DNA of 63,863 nt, counting the filler, from Reclinomonas americana ATCC 50394 (taxonomy: Eukaryota): the NCBI GenBank assembly GCA_048213135.1. It is 17 parts of 17 records of this genome, joined end to end, with 100 filler letters (N's around TTAATTAATTAA, not from the genome) between each part and the next. Parts side by side here need not be neighbours in the genome. Positions count along the whole stretch, not along the records: positions 49,986 to 55,717 come from AFZH01021247.1; positions 55,818 to 57,122 come from AFZH01021248.1; positions 57,223 to 59,760 come from AFZH01021250.1; positions 59,861 to 60,875 come from AFZH01021251.1; positions 60,976 to 63,863 come from AFZH01021252.1; 12 more parts are not named here. One strand, written 5' to 3'. Positions 50,091 through 62,900 of the stretch are shown here, piece by piece. Below the pieces are notes generated by a model. That model had not been told where the DNA came from and searched no databases. It was given only the letters and a program-made list of their open reading frames with translations. Numbering within the stretch: position 1 is the stretch's first letter; every line of letters begins with the position of its first letter. The translations under genes and the position numbers were made by a program.

Positions 50091-52033
50091 CTATCTCTTC
50101 TCTCTCTTTCCCTCCCTTTTTGGCCTTGGTTGCATCGCCTCCACACTGACCTCCACCACATACTGCTCCACCCTCGCCAACGCATCATAGCCAGACTCAT
50201 CTCCAGCGCCACCTTCGAACTCGGCCTCTTCGACTAACGCCTCGAACCGCCACGTCGGCACAAACCAATACAAGCGAACGGCGCCACCGGGCAGCAAGTG
50301 GTCGGCCACTGCCTTCATGATCAGTCCGCCCCTGACCGTGTGCTCGCCTTTCGTCGTCATGATGCCCAGCAAGCCGTCGGGCCCAATCGTGTCCACCGCA
50401 GCAACCGTCTTGGCGGTCTGGCGTCGACTTGCACGTCGGTCAACATGGAGAAGTTGGTATCCTCGGCCTGCGGAACGACCAGCGTCGTGTCAGGTGAATC
50501 TGCTGGCGCCTTGTACATGTTCTTCGCCGACACCAGACTGCGACACTTGAACTCGCCTCCACGTGCCAGTGCAACGTGCACCAGCTCCTCAACACCAAGC
50601 CGAACGCCACGCCGGGAAAGTGGTTTTCAACAGCACGCTTCAGGAATTTCCGCGCCTCCCGCACGGCAGCCTTCTCCCATCGCTCCCATAGTACGGCGCG
50701 GCACACGCGCGACGAGGCAAATCTGTAGCCGCACGGCTCAAACGTGTCACGGTCCACCACAAGGTGCATGAGATGATGTACGATCAGACCGCCAGCCTCC
50801 CTCGCCGACATCAGCGCCAGCAGGTGCTCCGCCTTCACTTTCTGAAGCGAGGCACGCAGACGATTCTGCTCCACTGCGTCGACCAGATCTAGATCCAGCA
50901 CGTATCGTAGCTCGCCACCCCACTCGTTGAAGCGCACCTCCACGATGGCCCGGCTCACGTGCGGACAGGCCACCAGGCGCAGCGCCTCCATCTCCTCGGT
51001 AAAGACGGGGAGGAACAGCTGGCGCGAGCCGGTCAACTTGAGGAACGGATTGTACAGCGGGGGATTGGGTGCGGCGAGAAGGATGACGGCCATGATGCGG
51101 ATTGCGCGGCCTCTTGGGATGCAGGCCGTCCATGATGAGCGCCACATCGTCACCAACGCGGACCTAGTCACGCGTGAACAGGAATGCATCCGACTTCAAG
51201 GTATCTTCAAAGAGCATGGTCTTGCAGCACGTACATGCCAAAGGCGGACTTGCCCATGCCCGGCGCTCCCGTCATCACCCACAGATACCACCGATCCTTG
51301 GCAAGCTCACGGTCCAGCTCGCCAAATATCTCCGTGTAGAACTCGCGCACAAGGAGAACAGGTGATCGGAGGGCCGGCCAATCCTGGCCGCTGCGATGGT
51401 GAGGGTGATGGCGCCGGCCTCCTCCACCCGTGTCGTGTCCTCCAACGCGCCAGTGGCCGTGCTGAACCGCTGGAGTCTGGCGTGGCGGATGGCATCGACG
51501 GTGGGGAAGCTGTCGACCTCAGCGCACTGTTTCTCGATCAGCAGGGTGATCTCATTCTGGCTGAGTTGGTGCTTGTCATCGCGGAGGTGGCGCTTCTCCT
51601 CGCGAAAGAACTCGACGAGAGACTCCCGTCGACCGCAGAGAGCTTGCGCTCCATGGCCTTGATCTTCTTCTCCGTGGTGCGAATGCGTCGCTGCACCGCC
51701 GTGATTTCTCGGTAGACTGTCAGAGAGAGAGAGAGAGATAAAAGTGAGCGGGGGAGAGAGGCAAAGTGAGAGAGGGAAGAGAGAGCGAGAAGGGGGGGAA
51801 CGAAGAATGGGGGATGACAGACCGAGACGGAGAGAGTTTGTCCAGACATGTGTGCGCTCATTCTTCCATGGAAGTATTGGCGTGTGTACTTGTACTGCAC
51901 GTGTGTGCATGTGCTTGTGCATGTGCATGTGTGTGTGTGTGTGTACATGTGTGTGTGTGTATGGAGAGAGAGTGAGATAGCAGACTCACTCCCACTGGTT
52001 GTCGCAAACGACAGACGCGTGATGAGTAGTCAT
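50091..52033 (-). pseudogene. Crinkler/RHS-type (CR) protein: coiled coil + P-loop NTPase + REase-like domain, multiply frameshifted
   Basis: LLVREFY...VMTGAPGMGKSAFGMYVL (~51246-51270), RFNEWGGELRYVL, HHLMHL..YRFAS, MTTKGEHTV, VRLYWFVP, VEQYVVEV. These blocks are spread over different frames. Confidence 0.75.
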
Positions 52034-52156
52034 GGCAGGTGGCACTCTGTCGCACAGTGACGACGCGGGAGAGGTGAGAGTCAACGGCAACCTACAGCAC
52101 AGTCCGCCAAGCAATCCACCGTCAATCGCAACCAACCAAACAAACGCGCAATCACA

Positions 52157-52638
52157 ATGCAGCGACGCGGCAAGAGACCTCTCACGAGCACCACCACCTC
52201 TGCTCTCTCTCCACCACCACCACCACGCACACTCCACGCCGAGACCGATGGCGAGCCGCCCGTGAAGAAACGTCGTGGTGTTGGTGCAGATGCACATGCA
52301 GGCGGTGATGTCCATCTGCACCAGGCCGTGGAAAGCGCCGCGCACTTGGTGGAGACGTTGCGTACGGATCCGCGCTCGTTTGTGTTCCCGGAGGAGGCAA
52401 AGACGGCGGAGCGAAAGGCGGCTGTGCGTGAGTCGTTGGCGTTGTTGTTTGGTGATGGTGAGTCGCAGGGGGAGATAGTGAGGGAAGGATAGATGTGGAG
52501 AGGGTGAGGGGAGAGGGTGTATGTGCGATGAGTGGGCAACACGCATGGGGTTCATTTCTCTGCATTCTTGCTTGCCCTTCGCATATCGACTTATGGAGAG
52601 AGCTCGTGTGAGTGAGTGTGTGTGAGTGAGTGAGTGAT

Positions 52639-52682
<44 letters not shown>

Positions 52683-52909
52683 GGAGGGAGATGAAAGAAG
52701 AAAGAGACTGGCGATGCAACATGCACTGTGTCGTACTTCTTCTCGTTTCTCTCTCGCACACACACTCTCACACGCACACACACACAAGAGAGCGAGAGAG
52801 ATAGAGATAGATTGAGAGCGAGAGCGTGTGTGTGTGAGAGAGAGAGTGGGTGAAAGGGAGAGAAAACAGACAGGCTACTGTTTTGTACTTCTTCTTCTCA
52901 TTCTCTCTT

Positions 52910-52940
<31 letters not shown>

Positions 52941-55866
52941 GAGAGAGAGAGAGAGTGGGCATAGAAGGGCAGTGCAGGTTCGTGCAGATTGATAATGCGC
53001 ACAATCTCTCTCTGTTGCACACTCTCACACTCTCATGCTCACTCTCTCTCTCTCTCTCTGTATTGCCCTTCCTCGGTCCCTTTTCGTTTCACCCTCTCTC
53101 ACTCTCTTTCTTCTCTATCCCTCCTTTTCTTTTTCCCCCCATCCTCCCTTTCCCTTCCCCCTCCCCTTCCCCCCCATCCTCCCCTCCCCTCATCTCCCCT
53201 CCCCTTCCTTTACACCCTTCCCTCATCTCCCCCTCCCCCGCAGTCAAATCCACCGCTCCCACCACCCACGACTCCGGCCCCCTCTCCCGCCTCATCGTCA
53301 CCTCCGCCTTCACCTCGGACCAAATCTGGGAACAACTCAACCTCGTCAACCGACCCCTCTCCCGCGTCATCTCCTCCCACCTCGAGCCCTACCTCTCCGG
53401 CACCACACCGACCACCCTCGGGCCGCCACCACCACCACCAGCAGCAGCGGAGTCGAGCAGGAAAGAAAAGGCCGACAAGAAGAAGAAGAAGCAAAAGAAG
53501 GCGAAGGAGACGAAACCGGCCAAGAAGGCCGTCAGCAGGGACTCGGACGATGAGGACTCGGACGAGGAGGACAGCGATCTGGATGGTGAGGATTTGGTGT
53601 TTGGCGATGCCGATGCGGCGTCGATAGATTCGGACGAGGCCGAGCTGGAGGCGCAGCTGCGAAAGGAGAGGAGGCGAAGTGGCAGAGACGAGAACGAAGA
53701 TGAGGAAGAGGATGAGGAGGAAGAGGAGGAGGAAGGCGACGACGGCGACGCAGAAATGGACGAGGACGAGGACGGTGAAGGCGAGGGCATAAGTAGGTGC
53801 GTTGCGACAGCTGTGGGAAAGGTGTAGGGGGAGAGGGAGGGAGGGAAAGAAGGATGCATGATCTCTTCTCTCTTCTATCGAGAGATGCATGATCACATCT
53901 CTCCACTCTTTCACAAGAGAGTTTCACACTGAGAGCAATCATCTCTTTCATGAAGCGACGCATCTCTCATCTGAGGTTCACTCTTGCACAAGAGTGACTC
54001 CGTCTGAGAGCAATCGTCTCTCTCGCTCATGGAGAGATGCAATCTCTCTTTCAAGAGTCTCTTTCTGTAGCAACCATCTCTTTCTCTTCTCGCGAAGAGA
54101 TGCGTGTCACATCTCTCATCTGAGAATCACTCTTGCACAAAGAGTCTCCTTCTGAGAATAGTATCCTCTCTCGTTCATGAAGAGATGCATTACCACATTT
54201 CTCTGAGAATCTCTTTCACCTGGAGTCTCCTTCTGTAGCAACCATCTCTTTCTCTTCTCGTGAGAGATGAAATCGTCTCTCTCGTTCATTTAGAGATGCA
54301 TTTCCACATCTCTCTGCGAATCTCTCTTTCACAAATAGTCTCTTTCTGTAGCAACCCTCGTTCTCTTCTCGTGAAGAGATGCGTTTCACATCTCTCATCT
54401 GAGAATTACTCTTGCACAAAGAGTCTCCTTCTGAGAATAGTATTCTCTCTTGTTGACGAAGAGTTGCGTAGCACAGCTTTCTTCTTAGGATCGATCATTC
54501 ACAAGAGAGTTTCTTTTGAGAACTATTATCTCTCTCTCCTTCAGAGATGGATCACATCTCTCCACTCTTTCACAAGAGAGCCTCTTCCAACACCTATCAT
54601 CTCCTCCACGAAGGGATGCATGATCACATCTCTTATCTGAGAATCTCTCTTGCACAAATGAGTCTCCTTCTGAGAATAGTATCCTCTCTTGTTGACGAAG
54701 AGATGCATTGCACAGCTTTCTTCTGAGGATCGATCATTCACGAGAGAGTTTCTTTTTGAGAACAATTGTCTCTATCGTTCAGAGATTGGATCACAGTCTC
54801 CTTCTGAAAATCACTTTGTCACAAGAGAGTCTCTCTCTTTCATGAAGAGATGCATGATCACTTCTCTCTTCTGTGTGGCTCACCCTGCCTGCTGCAGCGT
54901 GGATGAAAAATTCTTCAAGCTGTCGGAGATGGAGCGCTACCTCGACGAGCAGGACGAGCTGGAATTCCGTGCGCTTCACGGCAACGCGGGCGGCCGTGGT
55001 GACGACGACAATGTCGTGGACATCATGGACGAGGAAGACGAGTTTGACTTGTTCACCGACGTGCCCGACGATGAAGGCAAAGGTGGGCATTGCGATTGTT
55101 GAAGGGGTGTGCGCTTGGTACTCATTGACTGCGCGGCACAGACTTGAAGTATGACGACTTTTACACTCCCCCGAGGTTTGTGTGGGGGATGAGCAGGGAG
55201 AGATTTCCTCGCTGGGATTGTGCGAGAATGAGATGTTGACTGGAACTGTGTTCCTCATCACCTCATTCTCATTGTCATTTTCACTCTGTCACTCTCACTC
55301 GCCCTGCTCTCACACCATTTCTCACCGTCTCAGTTTTTTAGCTTTCCCTCGCTTCCTTCACTTTTCTCACTCTATTTCTATGTCTCGCTGTCACTGTTTG
55401 CCGCTCTCTTACTCTGCCTTTCCCGCTGCCCACCATTCCATTCCGCATTCCCCTGACCTCGTCCACAATCTGGTGACATCCTCTCATTGTCATTCTCATT
55501 CTCACTGCCACTCAACATTTTCTTTCACTCTCTTACGCACATGTACTCTTTCGTGCTTGCTTATCTTCCCCTTTCTCACATCCCACCCTTCCTCTCCCTT
55601 CGCCTTCCTTCGCCTTCTCTTCCCCCTTCTCTTCCCCCTCTTTCCCCTTCTCTTCCCCCTTTTCTTCCCCCTCTCTTCCCCTTCACTTCCCCCTCTCTTC
55701 CCCCTCTCTTCCCCCTTNNNNNNNNNNNNNNNNNNNNNNNNNNNNNNNNNNNNNNNNNNNNTTAATTAATTAANNNNNNNNNNNNNNNNNNNNNNNNNNN
55801 NNNNNNNNNNNNNNNNNCTCAGTTTTAGTTCTCTATCTCTTCTTCTGTCTCAGTTTAGTTCTCTCT

Positions 55867-55908
<42 letters not shown>

Positions 55909-56539
55909 TCTCTTTCAGTATTAGTCTCTCTCTCTTCCTCTCTCTCAGTTTTAGTCTCTCTCTCTTCTCTCCTTCCCTATCTCTCTCTCCCCTCTCCCCC
56001 CGCTCTTCCCTTTCTAATCTCCCCTTCCCTTCCCTCCCTTTCCCCTCCCTTCCCCCTCCCCTCCCTTTCCCTCTTCGCAGTTCATCAAGGACGCCGAGAT
56101 CCAAGCCAACGCCCCGGCCATCTCCATGGAGGAGGCCCTCCCGGTGGCGGTCAGCGACGCCGCCACGGCCGCACCGCAGGAGCTGCACCAGTCGTCACGC
56201 ATCAACAAGGGCGAGACGGAGCTGGGACGAGAGGACAAGAAGCGCCACCGCGCTCGTATGAAGCGCATTGGCAAGAAGAACAAGCTCGCCCAGCATGCGC
56301 GCGAGGTGGCGCAGGGCGGCGGCGTCGACATTACCAAGCTGCGCGGCGTGAAGAAGGGCAAGGTGTCGGGCGAGGCCGCCTCCACGGCGCCAGTGAGCAC
56401 CAGATCCGACTACGGCAGCAGCGGTCGCTTCTTCAAGAACCTGCAGGCGCAAGTGCACTCGCAGGTCTCCAAGGACAAGTCGGCGGCGGGTGATGCGCCG
56501 GCGTCGGCGAGGAAAGGTGGTGCGCACTTCAAGTTGTGA
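52157..56539 (+). CDS. MPP10: U3 snoRNP protein MPP10 (multi-exon, spans a gap)
   Basis: PLSRLIVTSAFTSDQIWEQL; acidic tract; VDEKFFKLSEMERYLD; MEEALPVAVSDAATAAPQEL; ELGREDKKRHR; C-terminal FKL*. Confidence 0.9.
53850..54870. repeat. Intronic degenerate minisatellite (~60-nt period) in MPP10
   Basis: Recurrent gagatgcatgatcacatctc / tcacaagagagt / ctgagaatagtatcctctc units. Confidence 0.8.
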
Positions 56540-57624
56540 GGAGTGTGGGGGAAGGGAGGGGAAAGGGTGGAATGAAATACGAGTTAGGAAGTGGGGGAAT
56601 GACGCGGGAGGAAAACGCAAGCAAGAAAAGCGAACAGATGAAAGATAGCAGGGCAATGGCACTTCCGGAAGTTTGCAAGTAAGATTTGAATGAAAATGCG
56701 AGCAAGAAGGATAGGTGGCTCAGTGACGACGCCATCCTCTCGCACAATGAGCAACACCACCACAACTGCCAGCAGTTTTTCCATTGCATTGGATGGCGAA
56801 TTTCGCTCATTGTTTTTTCCCCCTCTTCACGCAGAGATGGAGACGGGCGCGCAGGTGAGCATGTGCACAGAGAGAGGAGAGAGAGTGATGCAGTGTGTGT
56901 GCGAGAGTGAGAGAGTGAGGGGGACGCGCAAGCAATAGAATCTTTTTCGCGTGCATTCTGTGCTCTCTCTCTCACATGCAGGCGCTCTCGTGCTGTTTTT
57001 CCCTCCTCTCTCACTCTCTCACTCACACACACTCACTCTCACACTCTTAAGTTTGCGTGTGTCATGACGATAAAGCAATAATGCATGCATTTTCCCTTGC
57101 GTCTCTCTCTCTCTCTCTCTCTNNNNNNNNNNNNNNNNNNNNNNNNNNNNNNNNNNNNNNNNNNNNTTAATTAATTAANNNNNNNNNNNNNNNNNNNNNN
57201 NNNNNNNNNNNNNNNNNNNNNNAGGCGGATGTACGGTACAGCAGACCCTTCCTTTGCTACCCTTCCTTTGCCACCCTTCCTCTGCCACCCTTCCTTTCCT
57301 CTCACCTTCCTTGTTACCCCTCCTTTGCTTCCCTTCCTTTGCTACGCCTTCCCTTTGCTACCCCTTCCCTTGCTCCCCTTCCCCTTTCCTCTCACCCTTC
57401 CCTTTGCCTCCCCCTTCCCCTTTGCCTCCCCTTCCCCCTTTGCCTCCCCTTCCCCCTTTGCCTCCCCCTTCCCCCTTTGCCTCCCCCTTCCCCCTTTGCC
57501 TCCCCCTTCCCCTTTGCCTCCCCCTTCCCCCTTTGCCTCCCCCTTCCCCCTTTGCCTCCCCCTTCCCCCTTTTTTTGTCTCACCCTTCCCCCTTTTTTGC
57601 CTCACCCTTCCCCTCTCCGCGCAG

Positions 57625-59713
57625 GCTCGAAAAAGTCCTCGGCATGATGCGCTCGGCCCTCCCCACCACCAAAGCCGACAAGGCCCTCGAACGCAAGCGC
57701 GAGGCCTACGGTCCCGAATTCCGCGACCTCGTCTACCAGAATGCACCGCAAATATCCGAGCCGGAGGAGAAGGCGGTGCCAACCTCGTGTTTCCCGCCGT
57801 TCGGCTGGATGTGCTGCGGACCGCGTTCCGGCTACTGGAAGGACTTTTTCCTGCAGGTGGCCAACGACGATTTGGTGCTCGAGGTCCGCGATTTCGTCTC
57901 CGACAAGATTCAGGGCGCCATTCTTGGTCGCGGCGTCGGTGGCGACGGAGGAGGCGGTGGCGGAGGCAGTGGTGATGGCGGTGGCGGCGCAGATGGCGGT
58001 GGTGATGTGGCAGGTGGCCAGGCACAAGGTGGTGATGGTAGTGGGACAAACTACGGCGCCGGCACGGGGGCTGGCGTCAACGACGCTTCTCAAGGCAATG
58101 CCGGCGATATGTCACCGCCAGTGGATGTCGATGGCGGCGTGTTCGATCAGGCAAGCGCCGCCGGTGATGACGCGGCCAATGTGGACTCCCCGCAGACGTT
58201 TTCTCCCTCCGCGCCGGTTTCACCTGCTGTCGCTCGTGCGGCGTCGCCCGCCGCTGCGGCAGCGAGTAACCGACCGCCTCCACGTGAGGCATGGCAGACT
58301 GATGCCGGTGGTGGTGCCAGTGGCTCAGCTGCGGCCGGAGATGGCGGTGACGACGATCCGCGGCGTCGACTGCTGGACACGGCAAAGGAGGCCGGTAAGA
58401 CGGCGATGGAGATGTTGGAGGGCGGTGACGGAGATGACGAGGGTGTTGCCGACACGTCGGTGGCGTACTGTTGCGTCGGCGTGGAATGTGTCTCAGTGGC
58501 GCGGATATCTTTACTCACAGAGGGTGCGCAGTGCTCGGCGAGCTGGTGTACGATACGCCTCGCATTCGTGAAATGGGCAGCACCATGCAATCCATCGTGT
58601 CCATTGTGGAGAAGAAGTGCCTGCGGGTCAAGCAGGCCATTGAGACTGTCGATCAAGTGGGTGCTGGAATGGGTACGTATGGTCAGCTGAAGGCGGTATG
58701 CCTCATGTGGTGTACAGGCGTGCTTGTGTCTTTTACGATTCCAACTTCTTCACCGATGTCCTCTGTTCTGTGCCCCTCACTGTTTATCACTTCTCTGCAG
58801 ACGGCACGTGCTTCTTGTGCTGCTGTTCTCTGTGGTGCTGTTACAGGTACGCCCATGTTGCAGTTTATGGTACGACTCGTAGCGTCGCTCACGTCGTCGC
58901 ACTAGATACGCCGACATGAAGGAGGTGGCCAACCTCGGTCCGGTCATTGAGAGCGGTTTGTCGAGTGTTTCTTTTGCTGCTATGCCGTCATTCGTCTCAT
59001 ACTGGAGAGCAGAACTGGAGCAGCTCAACCGCATCGCTCTGCTGCTGCAAAGCGCCATCTCGGCTGCGTCACTCAACGTGCACATGGAGCAGCTGGAGAG
59101 TGCCTTCAACGTCACCAAGGACATTGAGTGCACGAATGCGCGTGAGTTCTGGAAGGATCGTTTCGGACCGCAGGTGTGGATGCACTGATATAGAGGGTGC
59201 TCTGTTGCACACGTTGTGCATCATGTGACAAACGCATTCCTCCCCTTGATACTTTCACTGCTCTCAAGAGTACGCCATCTTCTCTTTTCTTCCCTCTGTA
59301 TCTTCTCCCCGCCTCTCCTGTCTCCCAATTCACTCTCTCTCCCCTCTCCACGTTTGCCCTTTTTCGTGTGTTTCTGACCTCCATCTACAGTCTTTAACTT
59401 TTCTCTCTCTCTCTCAAGCTCTCTCTTTGCCCTCTCCGTTTGTTCTCCTCTTCACTCTCCGTTTCCTCACCGTTACTGGCATAGCTGTCGTCTCCCCAAT
59501 TCACTCTCTCTCCCCTCTCCACGTTTACCCTTTTTCGTGTGTTTCTGACCTCCATCTACAGTCTTTAACTTTTCTCTCTCTCTCTCTCAACTCTTGTCCA
59601 TTATCTTATTGCCGTCACACAGCCTCTCTCGTCTTCTACTTCTCTCGACGTCCCTTTCACCTCGTACTTTTTCATGTCTCCGTCCTCTTGTGTCTCCCCA
59701 GTTCACTTCTCTT

Positions 59714-59760
<47 letters not shown>

Positions 59761-59873
59761 NNNNNNNNNNNNNNNNNNNNNNNNNNNNNNNNNNNNNNNN
59801 NNNNTTAATTAATTAANNNNNNNNNNNNNNNNNNNNNNNNNNNNNNNNNNNNNNNNNNNNCGTCTCTCTCTTC

Positions 59874-59913
<40 letters not shown>

Positions 59914-62900
59914 TCCCTCCATTTTACTAGTCTTCTGCTTCTCTGGTCTACTTCCTTTCTTTTTTCACTTTCCCCTTACCTCCCTTCGCTTTCTTTTCTC
60001 ATCAACCTTCCCAATTACACAGGCCTCTCGAGTCCTCTTCGACCATTTCCAAGATAAGTCCACTCCTCCCCTCCACCCTCCCTCTCCTCTCTCCCGTCTT
60101 ATCTCTGTGCTTCCTCTCCTCGCGCACAGGGCTACTTTCAACACCTGCTGGACCACTATCGCGGGAATCGCTACGTCCGCATGCTCACCGATGCCATGGA
60201 ACTTGTGACGGAGAATCCCGCTCTGCACGAGGTGCGTTATTGCAGGTGCTCACCTTTGTTGCATTGACGGTCATTTTCATCAACACACTGCAGTTCCTGG
60301 ATGAGACGCAAAATGCCTCCTTCCCCTCGTGGAAGGAAGTGCTGGCACCACCCTACGTATTGCTGCAGCGCCTTCTGCAACAGTTGCGCACCGACGATCG
60401 TTGTGCATTTCCATCTCTCTGCTCGCTCACATCGAGTGTCGCACGCAGGGGAATCGACTCGAGTTCGCGCGACAACTTTGTCAGTCTGGTGGAGTTCCGC
60501 CGCGTTACGTCGCGCCAGGTCGAATATCGCAAAGCACTTGCTGCTTTCTATCGTTATTTCGCGCCGCGAGATGCAATGTCGGTGCGTCCTGCTTGTTTGC
60601 TGTTTTGCGAAAGCTGATCGTTCAATGGTTGCCACAGCCACAGAGAGTGTTTTCTTCAGAGGCGGAGCGACCTGAGACTCCGCCGGCGGGCATCTCAGAG
60701 GTGTGAGACTTACTCATATTCTTTCAGGGTTTCACTTGCAGCCAGCCCCATTTTACTCGTCTTATTATTGACTTGCCTTTCTCTGTGCCACTCTCTCTCT
60801 CCCTCTCCCTCCTCTCTCTCTCAATGTACCTCTCTCCCTCTCCCTCTCTCTCTCGGTACCTCTCTCCCTCTCCCTNNNNNNNNNNNNNNNNNNNNNNNNN
60901 NNNNNNNNNNNNNNNNNNNTTAATTAATTAANNNNNNNNNNNNNNNNNNNNNNNNNNNNNNNNNNNNNNNNNNNNCTCTCTCTCTCTCTGTACCTCTCTC
61001 TCTGTGCCTCTCTCTCTCACGCACACGTTGCTTGTGCTTGTCCGACCTCTTCGTCCTTGCCATTCGCTCTGGGCCCTTTCACATTCCCATGTGCGTCCAC
61101 ACTTACCCTCTATTTGTTTGCCCACTCTCGCTCTCCATCTCATGTCCTCTCCGCCCTCTCATTTCCCGTCGGTTCTTTTACACGACTTCCGTGTCTCTAT
61201 GTGTTTCAGACTTCTGCCTCGTCCAGTTTTCCCACTCCATACTCCCGCTTCCTCATGGCCCTTGGCCCCACCCCATTCCTATCTTTCGCCTCTTATTTCT
61301 CATCCTATTTGTGTCCTTTTCTCTCAACGCTTCTCTGTTACATCTTTTCGCTTCACCTTCCTTCTCATTCACCCTTTCCCTACCTTTCCACCATGCAGCC
61401 GGTGGTGGTATGGCTTGTCGACCCAGACGGCATCAACATGGAGGCCCGCATGCTCTTCACCTCCGAGGACGACATTATCCGCCGACTGCATCTCGTACCG
61501 AGTTCTAAATTTGCCTTGCCGGCCGGCCAGCAGTGGCCGCCCGCACGCCGATTATTTGATTACGCCATTCCCGCCGACGCGCTGAATCACAACCCGTTCC
61601 ACATTCTGCTCATCGAGCTGGGCGATCTCGAGCAGGCCACCGATGAGCTCGTGCTTTTGCTGCGCCGTGCAATTGCCGGTTTGTTGTTGAAAAATGCTCT
61701 TGTTTGTGCACAGATGTCTCATTATGGTGTGCCACACAGATGCGCTGCACATTGTCAACTCATATTCCTGCCTGACGGTTGGCGAGTCGGAAACGCGTGC
61801 AGTCACCAGCCAGTTGTTTCAAGAGGTGCTTTGTTGGAAAGGGGGAGAGGGAGAGGGGATTAAGGGAAAGAGAGAGAAGGAGACCAGCACATGAAAAGAT
61901 AAGAAATAATCAGCCAGACAGAAATGGAGAGCGACATACATGACGGCAGAGAGTGAGCGAGAGAGATACTGAAGAGGAGAGAAAGAGAGACACACACAGG
62001 AATAGAGGAAGACTCACAGATAGAGAGTAAGCAGAGAAGAGAGCGAGAAAGCTAGAGACGTAGTGCAGACTGCGGGACTAAAGGGGACGTGGATATGGCA
62101 CGGAAATGGTTAAACAAGTGTTAAGGGGGAGTCGTCAGAGGCAATGTGGAAGTTGGACTGAGAGTTGCACTGGCAGAGGCCCAAAATGGGCGAAGTGAAG
62201 TTGGTGAATGTTGGCGCGACGAGAAGTTGGGGATTCACGTAGCTTGCATAGTGTGAGGCATGATGGCTTCGCAGCACTCACCGTGAATGGAATATTTTGA
62301 GTGTTTCGTGAGAGACTTCTCTTGTTCACCGTTCGCAGGTCATGCATCGAGCAGATGCTTTCGTTGCATGCCTCTCCCACTCCCCTTTACACAAGGGCAC
62401 AGACAAGTTCCTCTTCCGCATCCCTTCTTTTATCTCAACTCCCCCTGTTCACATCTTTTTCACAACCAAGAGATAGTCCTTTCCATTCTGGTATCCTCTT
62501 CCTATTTCTTATTGCTTCGTCGCTCTCCATTTTGTTCATCTCACTCTCCTTTCCCCCTAGGACGGCTCCCTCGATCGCGACTTTATGCGGCAAGCCTTCC
62601 AGCCCGTGTTCCTTTGGTACACTGAGAGTTTCCTCAGTCAGGTTTGTGACAGCTCTCATCCCCCCGCCGCCTTCGGCTGCATCTCACCTCCGTGATACCA
62701 CAGCTGCCAGACGGAAGCCTGTACGAATTCGTCAACCAGTGGAACCGAACTTGCGAGCTGGACACTGGTCCGCTCCTTCCTCCCCCATTATTCTCTTGAA
62801 TTGTACTTCTCACTGCCCGTCACTGCACAGAGGTCATTCGCCCGAGCCGCCTGAAGCGCCTGCAGAAGGAGCTCGCCATTTTGCGTCAAGCGTTGCCGGC

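Noticed and set aside
53850..54870. CRISPR-like array (also 10870-11545 and 29944-30500)
   Set aside because: Units are degenerate along their whole length with no unique spacers. There are no cas genes and the context is eukaryotic.
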